DNA of 64,000 bases from Patescibacteria group bacterium (GTDB lineage: Bacteria; Patescibacteriota; Microgenomatia; UBA8517): assembly GCA_035260845.1 (NCBI GenBank), contig DATFUL010000008.1:5709-69708 (forward strand). Direction: 5' to 3'. How positions within the stretch are numbered: position 1 is the first letter of the stretch; the number at the start of each line of letters is the position of its first letter. A program made the translations under genes and the position numbers. Of this stretch, positions 27,685-37,730 are shown in pieces. Below the pieces are notes generated by a model. That model made no database searches. It saw nothing but the letters and a program-made list of their open reading frames with translations, and had not been told where the DNA came from.

Positions 27685-27894
27685 GTGGCACAAGATAAAA
27701 ACGAACAAGACACTGGCTTTCATGAAGTAACATCGCCTGGATCGTTTGATGTTACAGACGACAGCACAGAAATGCTTCAAAGGGTAACGAAAGAAACCGG
27801 AACTGAACTGAGTATTAAAAGAAATAAGGAAGGTAGGCTAATCGCTAAAATTGTGGCTATAGCTGTGAAACCTGCGAAAAAGAAAAGTATTTAA
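27685..27894 (+). CDS. Hypothetical small protein (69 aa)
   Basis: ORF only. Confidence 0.25.
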   Translation: MAQDKNEQDTGFHEVTSPGSFDVTDDSTEMLQRVTKETGTELSIKRNKEGRLIAKIVAIAVKPAKKKSI

Positions 27895-28520
27895 ACCTTC
27901 TGGATTTGAAGAAAATCTAACTCAACTGGAGTCTCACGGCCGAAGATACTAACCAAAACTTTAACTTTTCCTTTTTCTTCATCCATTTCGTGGATTGTTC
28001 CCAAGAAATCTGCAAATGGGCCATCAGTGATTTTAATAGCTTCACCAACGCTGAACTTAGTCTTAAATCTTGGTGCCGGGGAACTTATAAACTTTTGAAT
28101 GTTGTTGACCTCAGCTTCTGATAATGGGGTTGGGTTATTGCCGGCACCAACGAAACCAGTGATTCCTGCGGTTGTTCTTACTGCCAACCAAGTTGGATCG
28201 TCCAAGATCATTTTAACTAATAAATAACCAGGGAAAATCTTCTCTTTAACTGTGGCTTTTTTACCCCCACGGATAATGACGCGGTCTTGGGTAGGGACCA
28301 ACATTTCAAAAATGCGGCCGTTCAAATTCATGGTTTCGATTCTTTGCCTTAGAGTTTCCATGACTCGGACTTCATGTCCCGAGGAAGTGTGAACTACATA
28401 CCATTTGGCTTTAGGGTCTTCCGTTACCGCCACGATAATGTGTCCAGGAATTTTCTTTTTTCCTGTTCCACGCTCTGAAACTCCTGCGACAACTGCTGGT
28501 TCTTGAGTAATATCGTCCAT
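27891..28520 (-). CDS. nusG: Transcription termination/antitermination factor NusG
   Basis: KWYVVHTSSGHE (NGN domain) and C-terminal KOW (GEAIKITDGPFADFLGTI). Confidence 0.9.
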   Translation of the reverse strand: MDDITQEPAVVAGVSERGTGKKKIPGHIIVAVTEDPKAKWYVVHTSSGHEVRVMETLRQRIETMNLNGRIFEMLVPTQDRVIIRGGKKATVKEKIFPGYLLVKMILDDPTWLAVRTTAGITGFVGAGNNPTPLSEAEVNNIQKFISSPAPRFKTKFSVGEAIKITDGPFADFLGTIHEMDEEKGKVKVLVSIFGRETPVELDFLQIQKV

Positions 28521-28705
28521 TATTTTGTAACTAATTTAGTTAAGAGAGTGGTAAAAAGGTAATCTAGCCCTCCTACGTAGGCTCCTAAGATGCCTGAAAC
28601 CAAAAAGACGGTTAATGTAAGCTTGACTACTTCATCCCGGCTTGGCCAGGTAACTCTACTAAGTTCAAGTCTTACTTCACCAAAAAAATTGGTAACAGCT
28701 TTCAT
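28520..28705 (-). CDS. secE: Preprotein translocase subunit SecE
   Basis: 61-aa single-TM protein immediately upstream of nusG. FFGEVRLELSRVTWPSRDEV. Confidence 0.75.
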   Translation of the reverse strand: MKAVTNFFGEVRLELSRVTWPSRDEVVKLTLTVFLVSGILGAYVGGLDYLFTTLLTKLVTK

Positions 28706-28769
28706 TCGAGATTGTATTGTAGCAAAAAGGAAGGGTAAATAAAAGTGGAAGCTTGCAAGGCCTGGTATA

Positions 28770-29252
28770 ATGGGTTTTATGACAAGAACTGAAGATCAAG
28801 CCTCAATTTTCGGAAAGCGTATCATCCCTGGAAAAAACGGGGGTTTTGGAGTTACGGGTCCTAATGGTGCCACAATAGATAGTTTTAAAAACCCAGTTAA
28901 AGAGATAAAAATTCCATCTGAACTTCTTGGCAATCTTGTGGGACTCGTGATAGAGGCTTTTCCGGATGAATTTCAGGGATCTGAAGGCCAATCTCGCGAG
29001 GATCAATTAACAGAAGGAATATTTAAGATATTTCCTGAGGAACAAGCTATCGAAGTGGCGAATAGAACATTGCCTGTGTTGATGCATCTTGGTATAGATG
29101 GTAAAAGAGTGGCCAGAGAGATCATGCAAACGAGTGAAGTGGTTCGTACTGCTTTGAAGCTTGATACAATGCCCAAGACTGATAAAGATAAAATGATCGA
29201 ACGGCTTGGGGAAGTTGTATCTAATCATTGGCCATCTTCTGGTAAAAAGTAA
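28770..29252 (+). CDS. Hypothetical protein (160 aa)
   Basis: ORF preceded by TGGTATAAT at ~28755. No motif. Confidence 0.35.
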   Translation: MGFMTRTEDQASIFGKRIIPGKNGGFGVTGPNGATIDSFKNPVKEIKIPSELLGNLVGLVIEAFPDEFQGSEGQSREDQLTEGIFKIFPEEQAIEVANRTLPVLMHLGIDGKRVAREIMQTSEVVRTALKLDTMPKTDKDKMIERLGEVVSNHWPSSGKK

Positions 29253-29902
29253 TGGCTCTTCCAGATTTCTCCTTTGAAAATAAACTCCATAAGTTGGGTT
29301 ATAAATTAATTGCCGGGGTGGATGAAGTTGGACGCGGCTCATTCGCTGGTCCGGTTGTTGCAGGAGCAGTCATTCTGAATAACCAAATCTACAAATCTGC
29401 AAATCTACAAATTAAGATTAATGACAGTAAAAAACTTTCAAAGAAGCAAAGAGAAGTTGCGGATAAATGGATTCGGAAAAATGCGATCGCTTTTGGAATT
29501 GGCCAGGCCAGTGTTGCCCAAATAAATAAATTTGGGATCAAGAAAGCAACTGAAATTGCATTCAGAAAAGCCATAAAAAATTGTGGAATTAGAATAGATT
29601 ATCTTTTAATCGATGCTTTTTACATTCCGTACGTCAAAGGCTTAAGGCGTAAAAATCAAAAGGCGATAATAAAAGGGGATTCAAAATCAGTTTCCATTGC
29701 AGCGGCCTCAATTATTGCCAAGGTTTACAGGGATGATTTGATGACTCGTTTATCAAAACAATCAAAGTATAAAAAATATAGCTGGCACAAAAATATGGGC
29801 TACGGCACAAAAGACCACAGAAATGCAATCCAAAAATATGGGGCTACTAAACTACATAGGAAGTTATTCGTTAGAAACTGCGTTTCTTCTCAAGTTGAAT
29901 AG
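29252..29902 (+). CDS. rnhB: Ribonuclease HII
   Basis: LIAGVDEVGRGSFAGPVVAGAVIL and DSKKLS are RNase HII active-site motifs. Confidence 0.85.
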   Translation: MALPDFSFENKLHKLGYKLIAGVDEVGRGSFAGPVVAGAVILNNQIYKSANLQIKINDSKKLSKKQREVADKWIRKNAIAFGIGQASVAQINKFGIKKATEIAFRKAIKNCGIRIDYLLIDAFYIPYVKGLRRKNQKAIIKGDSKSVSIAAASIIAKVYRDDLMTRLSKQSKYKKYSWHKNMGYGTKDHRNAIQKYGATKLHRKLFVRNCVSSQVE

Positions 29903-30065
29903 AATGCGCAATTCTGTACTTGGCTTCTTTTCTTTTTTCTGAGGGTTTTTTGTATTGGGCACGATCCCTGTATTCTTGCATTACACCTTCATCAATGGTT
30001 TTTTTACGAAATCGGGCAATAAGCTTATCGTCGCTTTCTCCCTTTTTCTTTTTAAGTATGAACAT
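29871..30065 (-). CDS. rpsU: 30S ribosomal protein S21
   Basis: LIARFRKKTIDEGVMQEYRDRAQYKKPSEKRKEAK resembles S21. Confidence 0.7.
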   Translation of the reverse strand: MFILKKKKGESDDKLIARFRKKTIDEGVMQEYRDRAQYKKPSEKRKEAKYRIAHSIQLEKKRSF

Positions 30066-30170
30066 ATTTTTTCAAAATCTGTTCCCACTTGCGTGGTAAA
30101 CATTTCATAGTTTGTGAGTCACCTCCAAGTCGTATTTTAGCACATCGTAGCTAATCTTTGAACCAACAAA

Positions 30171-31745
30171 TTAGATAGGATTTTGTGGATAAGTTGGGGG
30201 AGGGGGAGTTTTAAATGAACTTACAAGCACCGAAATGCCAAATCCAAGAGCAATTATGCTAAAAGTAATAATCGCAATATATTTAAGGTCAAGGCCGTTT
30301 GATGGCTTTGATGTTAATGTTGGGGCAGGAGTAGGTGTATTTACAAAACTCTCGTTTACTGCCGATTGTGATGCGGGCTTTGTTGTTACTTCACCTTTAT
30401 AGTAAACAACTTCTGGAGTTTGACTAGCCTTTGGTGTTGCCGGTTTTGCTGTTGGAGTAGGGGTTGTTTGACCACAACTTGCGTCATTTGGATAAAGGGG
30501 GTTTCTACAATAACCATTGTAACAGAAGTAATTTGCCTGACAATTACTGTTACTGCCACAGGTCCCGTTGCAAGAATTTGGATTGTCATATGTGTTTGAC
30601 AGGTTGGTTGGAGTAGGTGTTACTGTTGGGGTATTGGTTGGAAGTGGAGTATCTGTGGCAGTTGGAATGGGAGTATCGGTTGGTGTAGCACTGGGAGTAT
30701 TTGTAGGAACTCCAGCTATTGCATTATCGTAATCAAAAACATATTTCCACCAATTATCCCAAGTACCAGAAGTGGTTGAGGCAACTTTTGGGATATGGTT
30801 CAACCAAAATTCTTTCCAACCAAGACCTGTACAACCCCACCTTTCGCAGCCAAAAGTTTGCGTTTGTGTTGTTAGTGTGGGGTAGTTTGCATAATCCTCA
30901 CAACTTGATTCAGTTTGATTAGTGTTTGACCAATCATAATCAGTAGTACCGTTTGGTGGAATGTGAACTGTTCCGCAAGCAGAGTGGGATGTAAAATTTG
31001 TCCAAAAATCTATTGTGTTGTTTGTAAACACATGTGTCATTGTTCCTTCGAACCTGTGACCAAAGTCTTCCAGCATTTCGGACAGCCCTCTTTCGTAACT
31101 GAATCCCATTATGTGGAGATTTTTTGTACAACTTGACCCGAGTAGGGGCGGAGAATTTGTATTAAACGCGTCTGGTCCAGTCATTTCTGCTTCATAATAA
31201 CCAAACCATGGTCCACCCCAAAGCCAAAGTTCGTCAATTTCTCCTGAATTAACCTTTTCGCATACTTGATTGTCGCTCAAGATCTTTAGGTAGTTTACCA
31301 GCCATGGGTCATGACAATTTTGACTATTTGCAAGACAGGAAAGATATGAACTTTCTGTATAAATAAATCCGTCGTTTAAGTCTGGAAAAGAATTAGCATC
31401 AACTCTATCAACAATTTGAAAATTCGCATAGCCATTACTTAATTGATTTAAAGTTGAAGAGTAGGATGCTTCAAGCGCTTGTGGATCGTTCCAATTTTCA
31501 TACTCACTTAATTTTTGATTACCATGATTAACTAAAATCGGATCAAAATCGATAATCATAACCTTAATATTTTTTTGCCCAATTCCTGGAATTTGTTGAG
31601 CCTTATTTAACGGGTTAAAATTTTGTGTGACAACTGCCCAAATAAAAAGTGGGAGGGCAACCGCAAAGCCTACAACGAGCCCAAGTCCCAAAAGTCTTTT
31701 AGTTGATACTGGGAGATTTTTAAGATTGTTAAAAAACCGCTTCAC
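30171..31745 (-). CDS. Cell-surface protein with N-terminal signal anchor, Thr/Pro-rich linker, Cys-rich module and C-terminal TM anchor
   Basis: N-terminal TM, a large globular domain, then PTNTPSATPTDTPIPTATDTPLPTNTPTVTPTPT. A 10-Cys module (CNGTCGSNSNCQANYFCYNGYCRNP) follows, then a second TP-rich stretch and a C-terminal hydrophobic helix. Confidence 0.5.
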   Translation of the reverse strand: MKRFFNNLKNLPVSTKRLLGLGLVVGFAVALPLFIWAVVTQNFNPLNKAQQIPGIGQKNIKVMIIDFDPILVNHGNQKLSEYENWNDPQALEASYSSTLNQLSNGYANFQIVDRVDANSFPDLNDGFIYTESSYLSCLANSQNCHDPWLVNYLKILSDNQVCEKVNSGEIDELWLWGGPWFGYYEAEMTGPDAFNTNSPPLLGSSCTKNLHIMGFSYERGLSEMLEDFGHRFEGTMTHVFTNNTIDFWTNFTSHSACGTVHIPPNGTTDYDWSNTNQTESSCEDYANYPTLTTQTQTFGCERWGCTGLGWKEFWLNHIPKVASTTSGTWDNWWKYVFDYDNAIAGVPTNTPSATPTDTPIPTATDTPLPTNTPTVTPTPTNLSNTYDNPNSCNGTCGSNSNCQANYFCYNGYCRNPLYPNDASCGQTTPTPTAKPATPKASQTPEVVYYKGEVTTKPASQSAVNESFVNTPTPAPTLTSKPSNGLDLKYIAIITFSIIALGFGISVLVSSFKTPPPPTYPQNPI

Positions 31746-31808
31746 ATATTCATACTATCTTTTTACAGCGTATTGCACAACTATTTTGTTGAGTATAGAA
31801 TAACGGAA

Positions 31809-32819
31809 ATGGCAAGCAAAAAGTCTGCACTTATTACAGGGATTACAGGCCAAGATGGCAGTTATTTAGCCGAGCTCCTTCTTAAAAAAGACTATGAGGT
31901 CTCCGGAATTGTAAGAAAAACCTCGCACGAAGAATACGCTAACATAGGCCACATCCAAGATGACCTAAAACTTTACCAAGGGGATTTGCTTGACCCGGTT
32001 TCCTTACGCGAAATTATTCAAAAAGTTGAACCTGACGAAGTTTATAATTTAGCTGCACAATCTTCTCCAGCCGAGTCTTTTAAACAGCCAATCCATACAG
32101 CAGAAATAACAGCAATTGGGGCCCACAGAGTATTAGATGCAACTCTCGACGTAAATCCAAAAACAAAATTCTACCAGGCTTCTTCAAGCGAAATGTTCGG
32201 TTGGGTAAAAGAAATTCCGCAAACAGAAGAAACACCTTTTAATCCCGCAAATCCATATGCTGTTGCTAAACTTTACGCTTTTTGCATGACCAAAATTTAC
32301 AGAGAAAGCTACGATATGTTTGCAACAAACGGAATTTTATTTAATCATGAGAGTCCACGCAGACACTTGGGTTTTGTAACTCAAAAAGTGGCCTATGCAG
32401 CAGCTTGTGCCAAACTTGGAATTAAAACTTCACAGAATCTGAATGAAGCAGGTGAGCCGGTTTACAAAAATGGCAAAGTTAGTTTGGGAAACTTGGAAGC
32501 AAAACGTGATTGGGGCTTTGCAGGCGACTATGTTGAAGCAATGTATTTAATGATGCAAGCTGCTACTCCTGACGATTTTGTTGTTGCAACAGGGGAAACC
32601 CATACAATAAAAGAGCTTTGTCAGGAATCGTTCTCATATGTTGGTCTAAACTGGGAAGATCACGTAATAATTGATAAAAGATTTGTAAGGCCCACTGAAA
32701 CTGGACCATTGGTTGGGGATGCTACAAAAATCAAAAAAGTCTTGAATTGGACTCCAAAAACTAATTTTAAAGAATTAGTTCACATCATGGTTGATGCGCA
32801 CCTAGCCCGATTGAAATAG
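31809..32819 (+). CDS. gmd: GDP-mannose 4,6-dehydratase
   Basis: ALITGITGQDGSYLAELLL (Rossmann), YAVAKLYAF (YxxxK) and NHESPRR. Start trimmed to the M at 31809. Confidence 0.9.
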   Translation: MASKKSALITGITGQDGSYLAELLLKKDYEVSGIVRKTSHEEYANIGHIQDDLKLYQGDLLDPVSLREIIQKVEPDEVYNLAAQSSPAESFKQPIHTAEITAIGAHRVLDATLDVNPKTKFYQASSSEMFGWVKEIPQTEETPFNPANPYAVAKLYAFCMTKIYRESYDMFATNGILFNHESPRRHLGFVTQKVAYAAACAKLGIKTSQNLNEAGEPVYKNGKVSLGNLEAKRDWGFAGDYVEAMYLMMQAATPDDFVVATGETHTIKELCQESFSYVGLNWEDHVIIDKRFVRPTETGPLVGDATKIKKVLNWTPKTNFKELVHIMVDAHLARLK

Positions 32820-33101
32820 ATGGAAAGAAAAGTCGTAAGAAAATCGTCGAGATTATCAATAAGTCAGTCCGAATTCGCCTCCCAAACGGGAGTAACAGTT
32901 AACTTTCTTACTCAACTAGTTGATGCCGGATTGGTAACCCCAGATTACAAGACAAATAATGTAAACAATTATGGCGACGGTTATAGGACTTCTCAACTCT
33001 GGAAAGTGAAAGAAGCCAAAAAGATAAAAGACAAACATAAAAATTGGACTGCAGAAGATATTACCTTTTTAGTACCAAAGATGAAGCCCTCTCGATATTG
33101 A
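32820..33101 (+). CDS. Hypothetical small protein (93 aa), possible HTH
   Basis: ORF only. Confidence 0.25.
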   Translation: MERKVVRKSSRLSISQSEFASQTGVTVNFLTQLVDAGLVTPDYKTNNVNNYGDGYRTSQLWKVKEAKKIKDKHKNWTAEDITFLVPKMKPSRY

Positions 33102-33132
33102 TCTTTTACCCCGAAGTCATCATTATTAGACT

Positions 33133-34377
33133 GTGAAACGCTATCTTTTGATGTTCAAAGAAAATCCGGTGTGGCAGAAAATCTTTATTTTTTCTTTAAT
33201 TTTGTTTTTTATTCGTTTGGCAGATTCAATAATCTCTTTTTGGGCTCCCAATCAAATTCAAGAATCATTAGGTAATCCAATTATTATGGGTGCGATAATT
33301 GGTTTGCAGTCAGTTGTTGGTCTTTTGGCAGATTTAGTTTTCCCCAAAATTTTTAGAACCATTACTGCACGCAGGCTTGCATTTTTTGCAATAGTTATCT
33401 CAGCCTTAACTTCGCTTTCGTTAACAGCCGGTTTCTATTTACCGTATGTTGCTGTTTTTGTAATAACAATGATACTTTGGGGAATTTATTATGAACTTAT
33501 TAATTTTGCCAACTTTCAATTTATGGGAAGCGCGGTTCCAACACACATTAGGACTGCGGCATGGGGTTTTACGGGGATATTTTTAAGTCTTGCCTATTTT
33601 CTTGGGCCATTTATAGCGTCGGCCGCTTTATTACATGGAATTTTTATTACCCAAGGTTCAATAATAATTTTTCTATTAGCCGCTTTTGTTTTGTTATCTT
33701 TAACAAAAAAAACACACGAGGCGGTAGCATTCCAACCCGTTGATTTTTCGGATCTTAACCCTTTAAGTGAATTTAAACATTGGCTAACTTTATCTGAATA
33801 TATTTGGCCAATAATAATTATTAGCCTGGTTTTAGGATTTATTGATTCCACCTTTTATACCATTGGATCTGTGTGGACTGAAAAACTGGCTCACATTAAT
33901 CCTTGGGGTATTTGGTTTTTGCCTCTATACCTTCTTCCTTCAATATGTTTAGGAATTCCGCTATCACAGTGGCAAATCGAGAGTGGCAAGAAAAAATTGA
34001 GCGAAAAATTTATGGCGCTTGCCGGAATTATTTTGGCAGGAATTGCTTTCAGTGACAGTTTACCCTGGCAACTTACCATTGTTTGTTTAAGTTCAAGTGC
34101 ACTTGCTATTTGTTATCCGCTTTTGAACGGGGTTTACTGCGATATGATTGCTAGAATGGGAAGAGAGAAAAAAGATATGATTGGTTTAACAAATTCAGTT
34201 ACAAATCTATCTTATATTGTCTGGCCTATATTTGCAGGACTTTTAACTTCTAGAGTTGGGGAGAGATTAACGTTTGCTTGGGTTGGAATAGGAGTTTTTG
34301 TTGTTGCTGTAATTTTACTTTTTATAACTCCCAAAAAGCTAAAATTGCCTCAGGAAGAAATTAAAAGTTGGGAATAA
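33133..34377 (+). CDS. Polytopic membrane transporter (MFS-like, ~12 TM)
   Basis: Twelve hydrophobic helices in 414 aa. No strong signature motif. Confidence 0.5.
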   Translation: MKRYLLMFKENPVWQKIFIFSLILFFIRLADSIISFWAPNQIQESLGNPIIMGAIIGLQSVVGLLADLVFPKIFRTITARRLAFFAIVISALTSLSLTAGFYLPYVAVFVITMILWGIYYELINFANFQFMGSAVPTHIRTAAWGFTGIFLSLAYFLGPFIASAALLHGIFITQGSIIIFLLAAFVLLSLTKKTHEAVAFQPVDFSDLNPLSEFKHWLTLSEYIWPIIIISLVLGFIDSTFYTIGSVWTEKLAHINPWGIWFLPLYLLPSICLGIPLSQWQIESGKKKLSEKFMALAGIILAGIAFSDSLPWQLTIVCLSSSALAICYPLLNGVYCDMIARMGREKKDMIGLTNSVTNLSYIVWPIFAGLLTSRVGERLTFAWVGIGVFVVAVILLFITPKKLKLPQEEIKSWE

Positions 34378-34382
34378 TCTTA

Positions 34383-34811
34383 CTATTCAAGGCCAATAAG
34401 TTTGGCGAGTTTTGTAGAAGAAAGGTCACTAATTTTCTTGATTTCAACTAATTTGGCTTTTACTAAATCTGCGTGTCTTTTTTTTTTGCTTTTCATGTTA
34501 TCGCCTTCGGTAATTGCAATTATATTGGGTTTAATTTTTTCAACTAATTTTTTGTAATCTTCATCAGAATTCATTTCTGGCAAAGATATTACTTCATCAA
34601 CAAAGTTCAAAGATTCCAACATTTCGCGTCTTTGCTTTTGGTTATGAACTGGGCGGCCCGGCCCTTTTAATCTCTTTGTAGTTTCATCGCTTTCCAGTGC
34701 AACGACTAGATAATCTCCATTTTTTTTCGCCTCTTTAAGAAAATTAACATGCCCATGGTGAAGGATATCGAATACTCCGCCAACCAAAACTTTTATCATT
34801 CTTTTTAGCAT
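34383..34811 (-). CDS. Cytidylyltransferase-like nucleotidyltransferase (HxGH family)
   Basis: LVGGVFDILHHGHVNFLKEAKKNGDYLVVAL is an (H/T)xGH nucleotidyltransferase motif as in TagD/RfaE-II/RibL. 142 aa. Confidence 0.6.
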   Translation of the reverse strand: MLKRMIKVLVGGVFDILHHGHVNFLKEAKKNGDYLVVALESDETTKRLKGPGRPVHNQKQRREMLESLNFVDEVISLPEMNSDEDYKKLVEKIKPNIIAITEGDNMKSKKKRHADLVKAKLVEIKKISDLSSTKLAKLIGLE

Positions 34812-34884
34812 TATACGGTTTGGGTTTCTAATTATAAAGAATAGAACATTAATCCTCTAATTATTTTGTGGTACTATAAATGAT

Positions 34885-35964
34885 ATGCCCAATGTAAAGG
34901 ATACTGAAGACGCTCCAAAAATAAAAAAACCTGTTATTAGAGATAGGATAAAACTTGCCATCGACCGTACTGTACTTAAAAAATTCCGTTTGGTTGTTGT
35001 TGCTTACTCAAGTGTTCAGCGGGAACATTTCGCTACAAAGGATGCCTATGAAGCAGAAATTGAAGTCGAACAGAGAGCAATAGAAGTTGCCGAAGAAGTT
35101 AGAAAATTGGGAATCCCGGTAAGGACTCTTCCCGGAGATCAATATTTTTATACAAATTTACTTGTAGATAAACCGGACCTTGTAATTAATTTAGTTGACA
35201 CACTTAAAGGTCGAGACCAACTCCAGCCCTCAGTACCAGCAGCTCTTGAGCTCGCCAACATTCCTTATACCGGGGCTGGAATGGAAGGATTGATAATAGG
35301 TAACAATCGCAATTTAACCAAAAGGCTTTTAATTGCATATGATGTTCCAACTCCACCCTTTCAGTTTATTCGCAGGGCTGGAACAAATATCGATGAAGAT
35401 TTGGGTGTTCCTTTGATAGTTAAACTTAATGAAGGCGGGGGAAGTGTGGGAATTAATAATAATGCCGTTAAAGATACCGAACGCGCCGCAAAGCTTCGCG
35501 CAAATAGCATGATTTCTACCTACCATTTTCCTGTAATTGTTGAGAAGTTTGTCGATGGCCCAGAAGTCACGGTTGTTGTGTTTGATGATGGGGTAAAAAG
35601 ACACGTTGTTATGGCCCAGAAGAAGTTTGGCATAAAGCCTGACGGCAAACATGAATTCACAAGTATCGAGTCATACGATAACTGGAAGTCATATAAATAT
35701 ATCCCGGTTGACGAGAGCAGTAAGTTTGAGATTAAAAAATTGGCGGTTCGGGCTTTTGGGGGACTTCAACATAAAGATTATGCAAAGTTTGATGTTAGGG
35801 TGGATGCAGATACCGGAATCCCATATTTTACAGACAGTAACCCAAATACAGCATTTGGCCCAGATAGAGGACTGCCAATGACAGAGGTATTGGCCATGAA
35901 TGGAGTAGAATTTTCGGATGTTTTGGCCTCTTTACTCTCCAAATATGCCAAGGATTTAGGCTGA
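34885..35964 (+). CDS. D-Ala-D-Ala-ligase-like ATP-grasp amide ligase
   Basis: N-terminal pre-ATP-grasp domain, central PLIVKLNEGGGSVGI and C-terminal Ddl-type arrangement. Confidence 0.6.
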   Translation: MPNVKDTEDAPKIKKPVIRDRIKLAIDRTVLKKFRLVVVAYSSVQREHFATKDAYEAEIEVEQRAIEVAEEVRKLGIPVRTLPGDQYFYTNLLVDKPDLVINLVDTLKGRDQLQPSVPAALELANIPYTGAGMEGLIIGNNRNLTKRLLIAYDVPTPPFQFIRRAGTNIDEDLGVPLIVKLNEGGGSVGINNNAVKDTERAAKLRANSMISTYHFPVIVEKFVDGPEVTVVVFDDGVKRHVVMAQKKFGIKPDGKHEFTSIESYDNWKSYKYIPVDESSKFEIKKLAVRAFGGLQHKDYAKFDVRVDADTGIPYFTDSNPNTAFGPDRGLPMTEVLAMNGVEFSDVLASLLSKYAKDLG

Positions 35965-35987
35965 ACCCATACTCGACAATTTATATT

Positions 35988-36683
35988 TTGTGTCGTAGAA
36001 TAGGCCAATATATGGTACTCGAGAAAAACCCCAAAACACGTCCAATTGCCAAAAGACTTCTTCAGCTTGAGGATAAAGTCAAAGGCAAACCTTTTGCTTC
36101 GATGGCTAGGGTGCTTGAACTTTCAAACTACAGCTGTGGACCAGCAACTCTTGAGATGTTACTTTCATTTGTTGGCTCTAAAGCTACCCAAAAAGAGCTA
36201 ATTAAGTCAATTCGTGTTCAAAAGACAATCAAACTCTATGGAATTAATATAAATGATATGGGACATGCCGTAAAAATCGTAAGCCGCGGCAAACTTGTAT
36301 TTTGGAGAAAACATCGAGCCAACGTTAGTGATATTGCTTTAACTATCGACAAGTTTAAATACCCAGTTGGAGTCGAGTGGCAGGGTGATTTTTATGAAAA
36401 TGAGGATGAGGACAGAGGTCATTACTCTGTTGTTACTAGTGTAAACAAAGAGTCGGGATTCTTAAGGATTGCAGACCCTTATTTTAATAGTTTTTTTAAA
36501 TATAAAGATCTTGATCGAAAGTACGCAATTAACGACTTTGTTAAAAAATGGTGGGATATAAATGAAATCAAAGTTGCAGGGTCGCCAAAAAGGCGCAAAA
36601 TTAAAGATACTCGAGTTATGTTTGTAATTGTTCCAAAAGGGGAAAACTGGCCCAAGAAACTAGGGATGGTAAAAGCCTCTTAA
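35988..36683 (+). CDS. Papain-like C39/BtrH-like cysteine peptidase or acyltransferase domain protein
   Basis: LSNYSCGPATLEMLLSFVG (catalytic Cys context) and RGHYSVVTSVNKESGFLRIADPY (catalytic His context). The start could instead be the M at 36012. Confidence 0.5.
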   Translation: MCRRIGQYMVLEKNPKTRPIAKRLLQLEDKVKGKPFASMARVLELSNYSCGPATLEMLLSFVGSKATQKELIKSIRVQKTIKLYGININDMGHAVKIVSRGKLVFWRKHRANVSDIALTIDKFKYPVGVEWQGDFYENEDEDRGHYSVVTSVNKESGFLRIADPYFNSFFKYKDLDRKYAINDFVKKWWDINEIKVAGSPKRRKIKDTRVMFVIVPKGENWPKKLGMVKAS

Positions 36684-36702
36684 ATCAATATACTTTCTTC
36701 AT

Positions 36703-37728
36703 ATGCGTGTAGCTCTTGCCTATAACGTCAAGAAAAACAAACCTTCTTCTGATCTTTCCAAGCAAACTGACTTGGAATTTGATCTTCCTTATGTAATTAA
36801 CGAAATCAAAAAATCTATTGAAGAATTAGGGCACACTATAATTAAAGTCGAAGCAGACGAAAATGCTTTTACCAAACTTAAGAAACTAAAAGGAAAAATA
36901 GATATTGTTTTTAATATTGCCGAAGGCTTGTGGGGTGAAGCCCGGGAAACTCAAATTCCAATAATCTGCGAAATACTTAAAATTCCATATACTCATTCGG
37001 GTCCAACCACTCACACAATTTCGCTTGATAAATCATTTACGAATTTAATTCTAAAGGGGGCGGAGGGCATAAATGTTCCGGAGTCACATGTTGTTAAAGA
37101 AAAAAACTGGGTTCTACCCAGTCGGCTTAAGTTTCCATTGATCGTAAAACCCAATAGCGAGGGTTCAAGTAAAGGTGTACTTGATGCCAATGTGGTTAAT
37201 AATCAACGTGACCTAAAAAAACGTGTGGAATTTGTTTCAGAAAAGTTCACGAAAGAGGTATTAATTGAAGAATACGTTGATGGCCGTGAATTTACTGTCG
37301 CTGTGATGGGTAATGAAGAATTAACAGTCCTCCCAATTATTGAGCAAAAGTTTGATTTTCTGCCCAAAGGAATGAACAAAATTGCCAGTTTTGAACTTAA
37401 ATGGCTTTACGAAGATTCTCTGACAGATCTGCATGATGCCTACGATTGTCCGGCAAAATTATCAACGAGTCAAAGAAAAGAGATAGAGCGTGTTACAAAA
37501 GAGGTTTATAGAATTTTGGACGTAAAAGATTGTGCAAGGCTGGACTTTAGAATGAATAAAAAAGGCAAACTTTATTTTATCGAAATAAATACAATACCTG
37601 GAATTAACCCAAGTTTAGACGGAATTTCTTATTTTCCACTTGCAGCAAGAACAGCAGGCATTAATTATAAAGAGATGGTAGGCAAGATTCTTGAAATGGC
37701 AGAGAAAAGGTATAAAATTCTGGGATAG
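36703..37728 (+). CDS. D-Ala-D-Ala-ligase-like ATP-grasp amide ligase (second)
   Basis: FPLIVKPNSEGSSKGV, EEYVDGREFTVAV and a C-terminal Ddl_C-like region (ARLDFRMNKKGKLYFIEINTIPG). Confidence 0.65.
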   Translation: MRVALAYNVKKNKPSSDLSKQTDLEFDLPYVINEIKKSIEELGHTIIKVEADENAFTKLKKLKGKIDIVFNIAEGLWGEARETQIPIICEILKIPYTHSGPTTHTISLDKSFTNLILKGAEGINVPESHVVKEKNWVLPSRLKFPLIVKPNSEGSSKGVLDANVVNNQRDLKKRVEFVSEKFTKEVLIEEYVDGREFTVAVMGNEELTVLPIIEQKFDFLPKGMNKIASFELKWLYEDSLTDLHDAYDCPAKLSTSQRKEIERVTKEVYRILDVKDCARLDFRMNKKGKLYFIEINTIPGINPSLDGISYFPLAARTAGINYKEMVGKILEMAEKRYKILG

Positions 37729-37730
37729 TT

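Noticed and set aside
29386-29415. Direct repeats CAAATCTA/CAAATCTG/CAAATCTA inside rnhB that resemble the 46395-46440 palindrome
   Set aside because: Lies in frame within a conserved CDS and encodes NQIYKSANLQIK. The shared 13-mer is most likely chance in AT-rich sequence.
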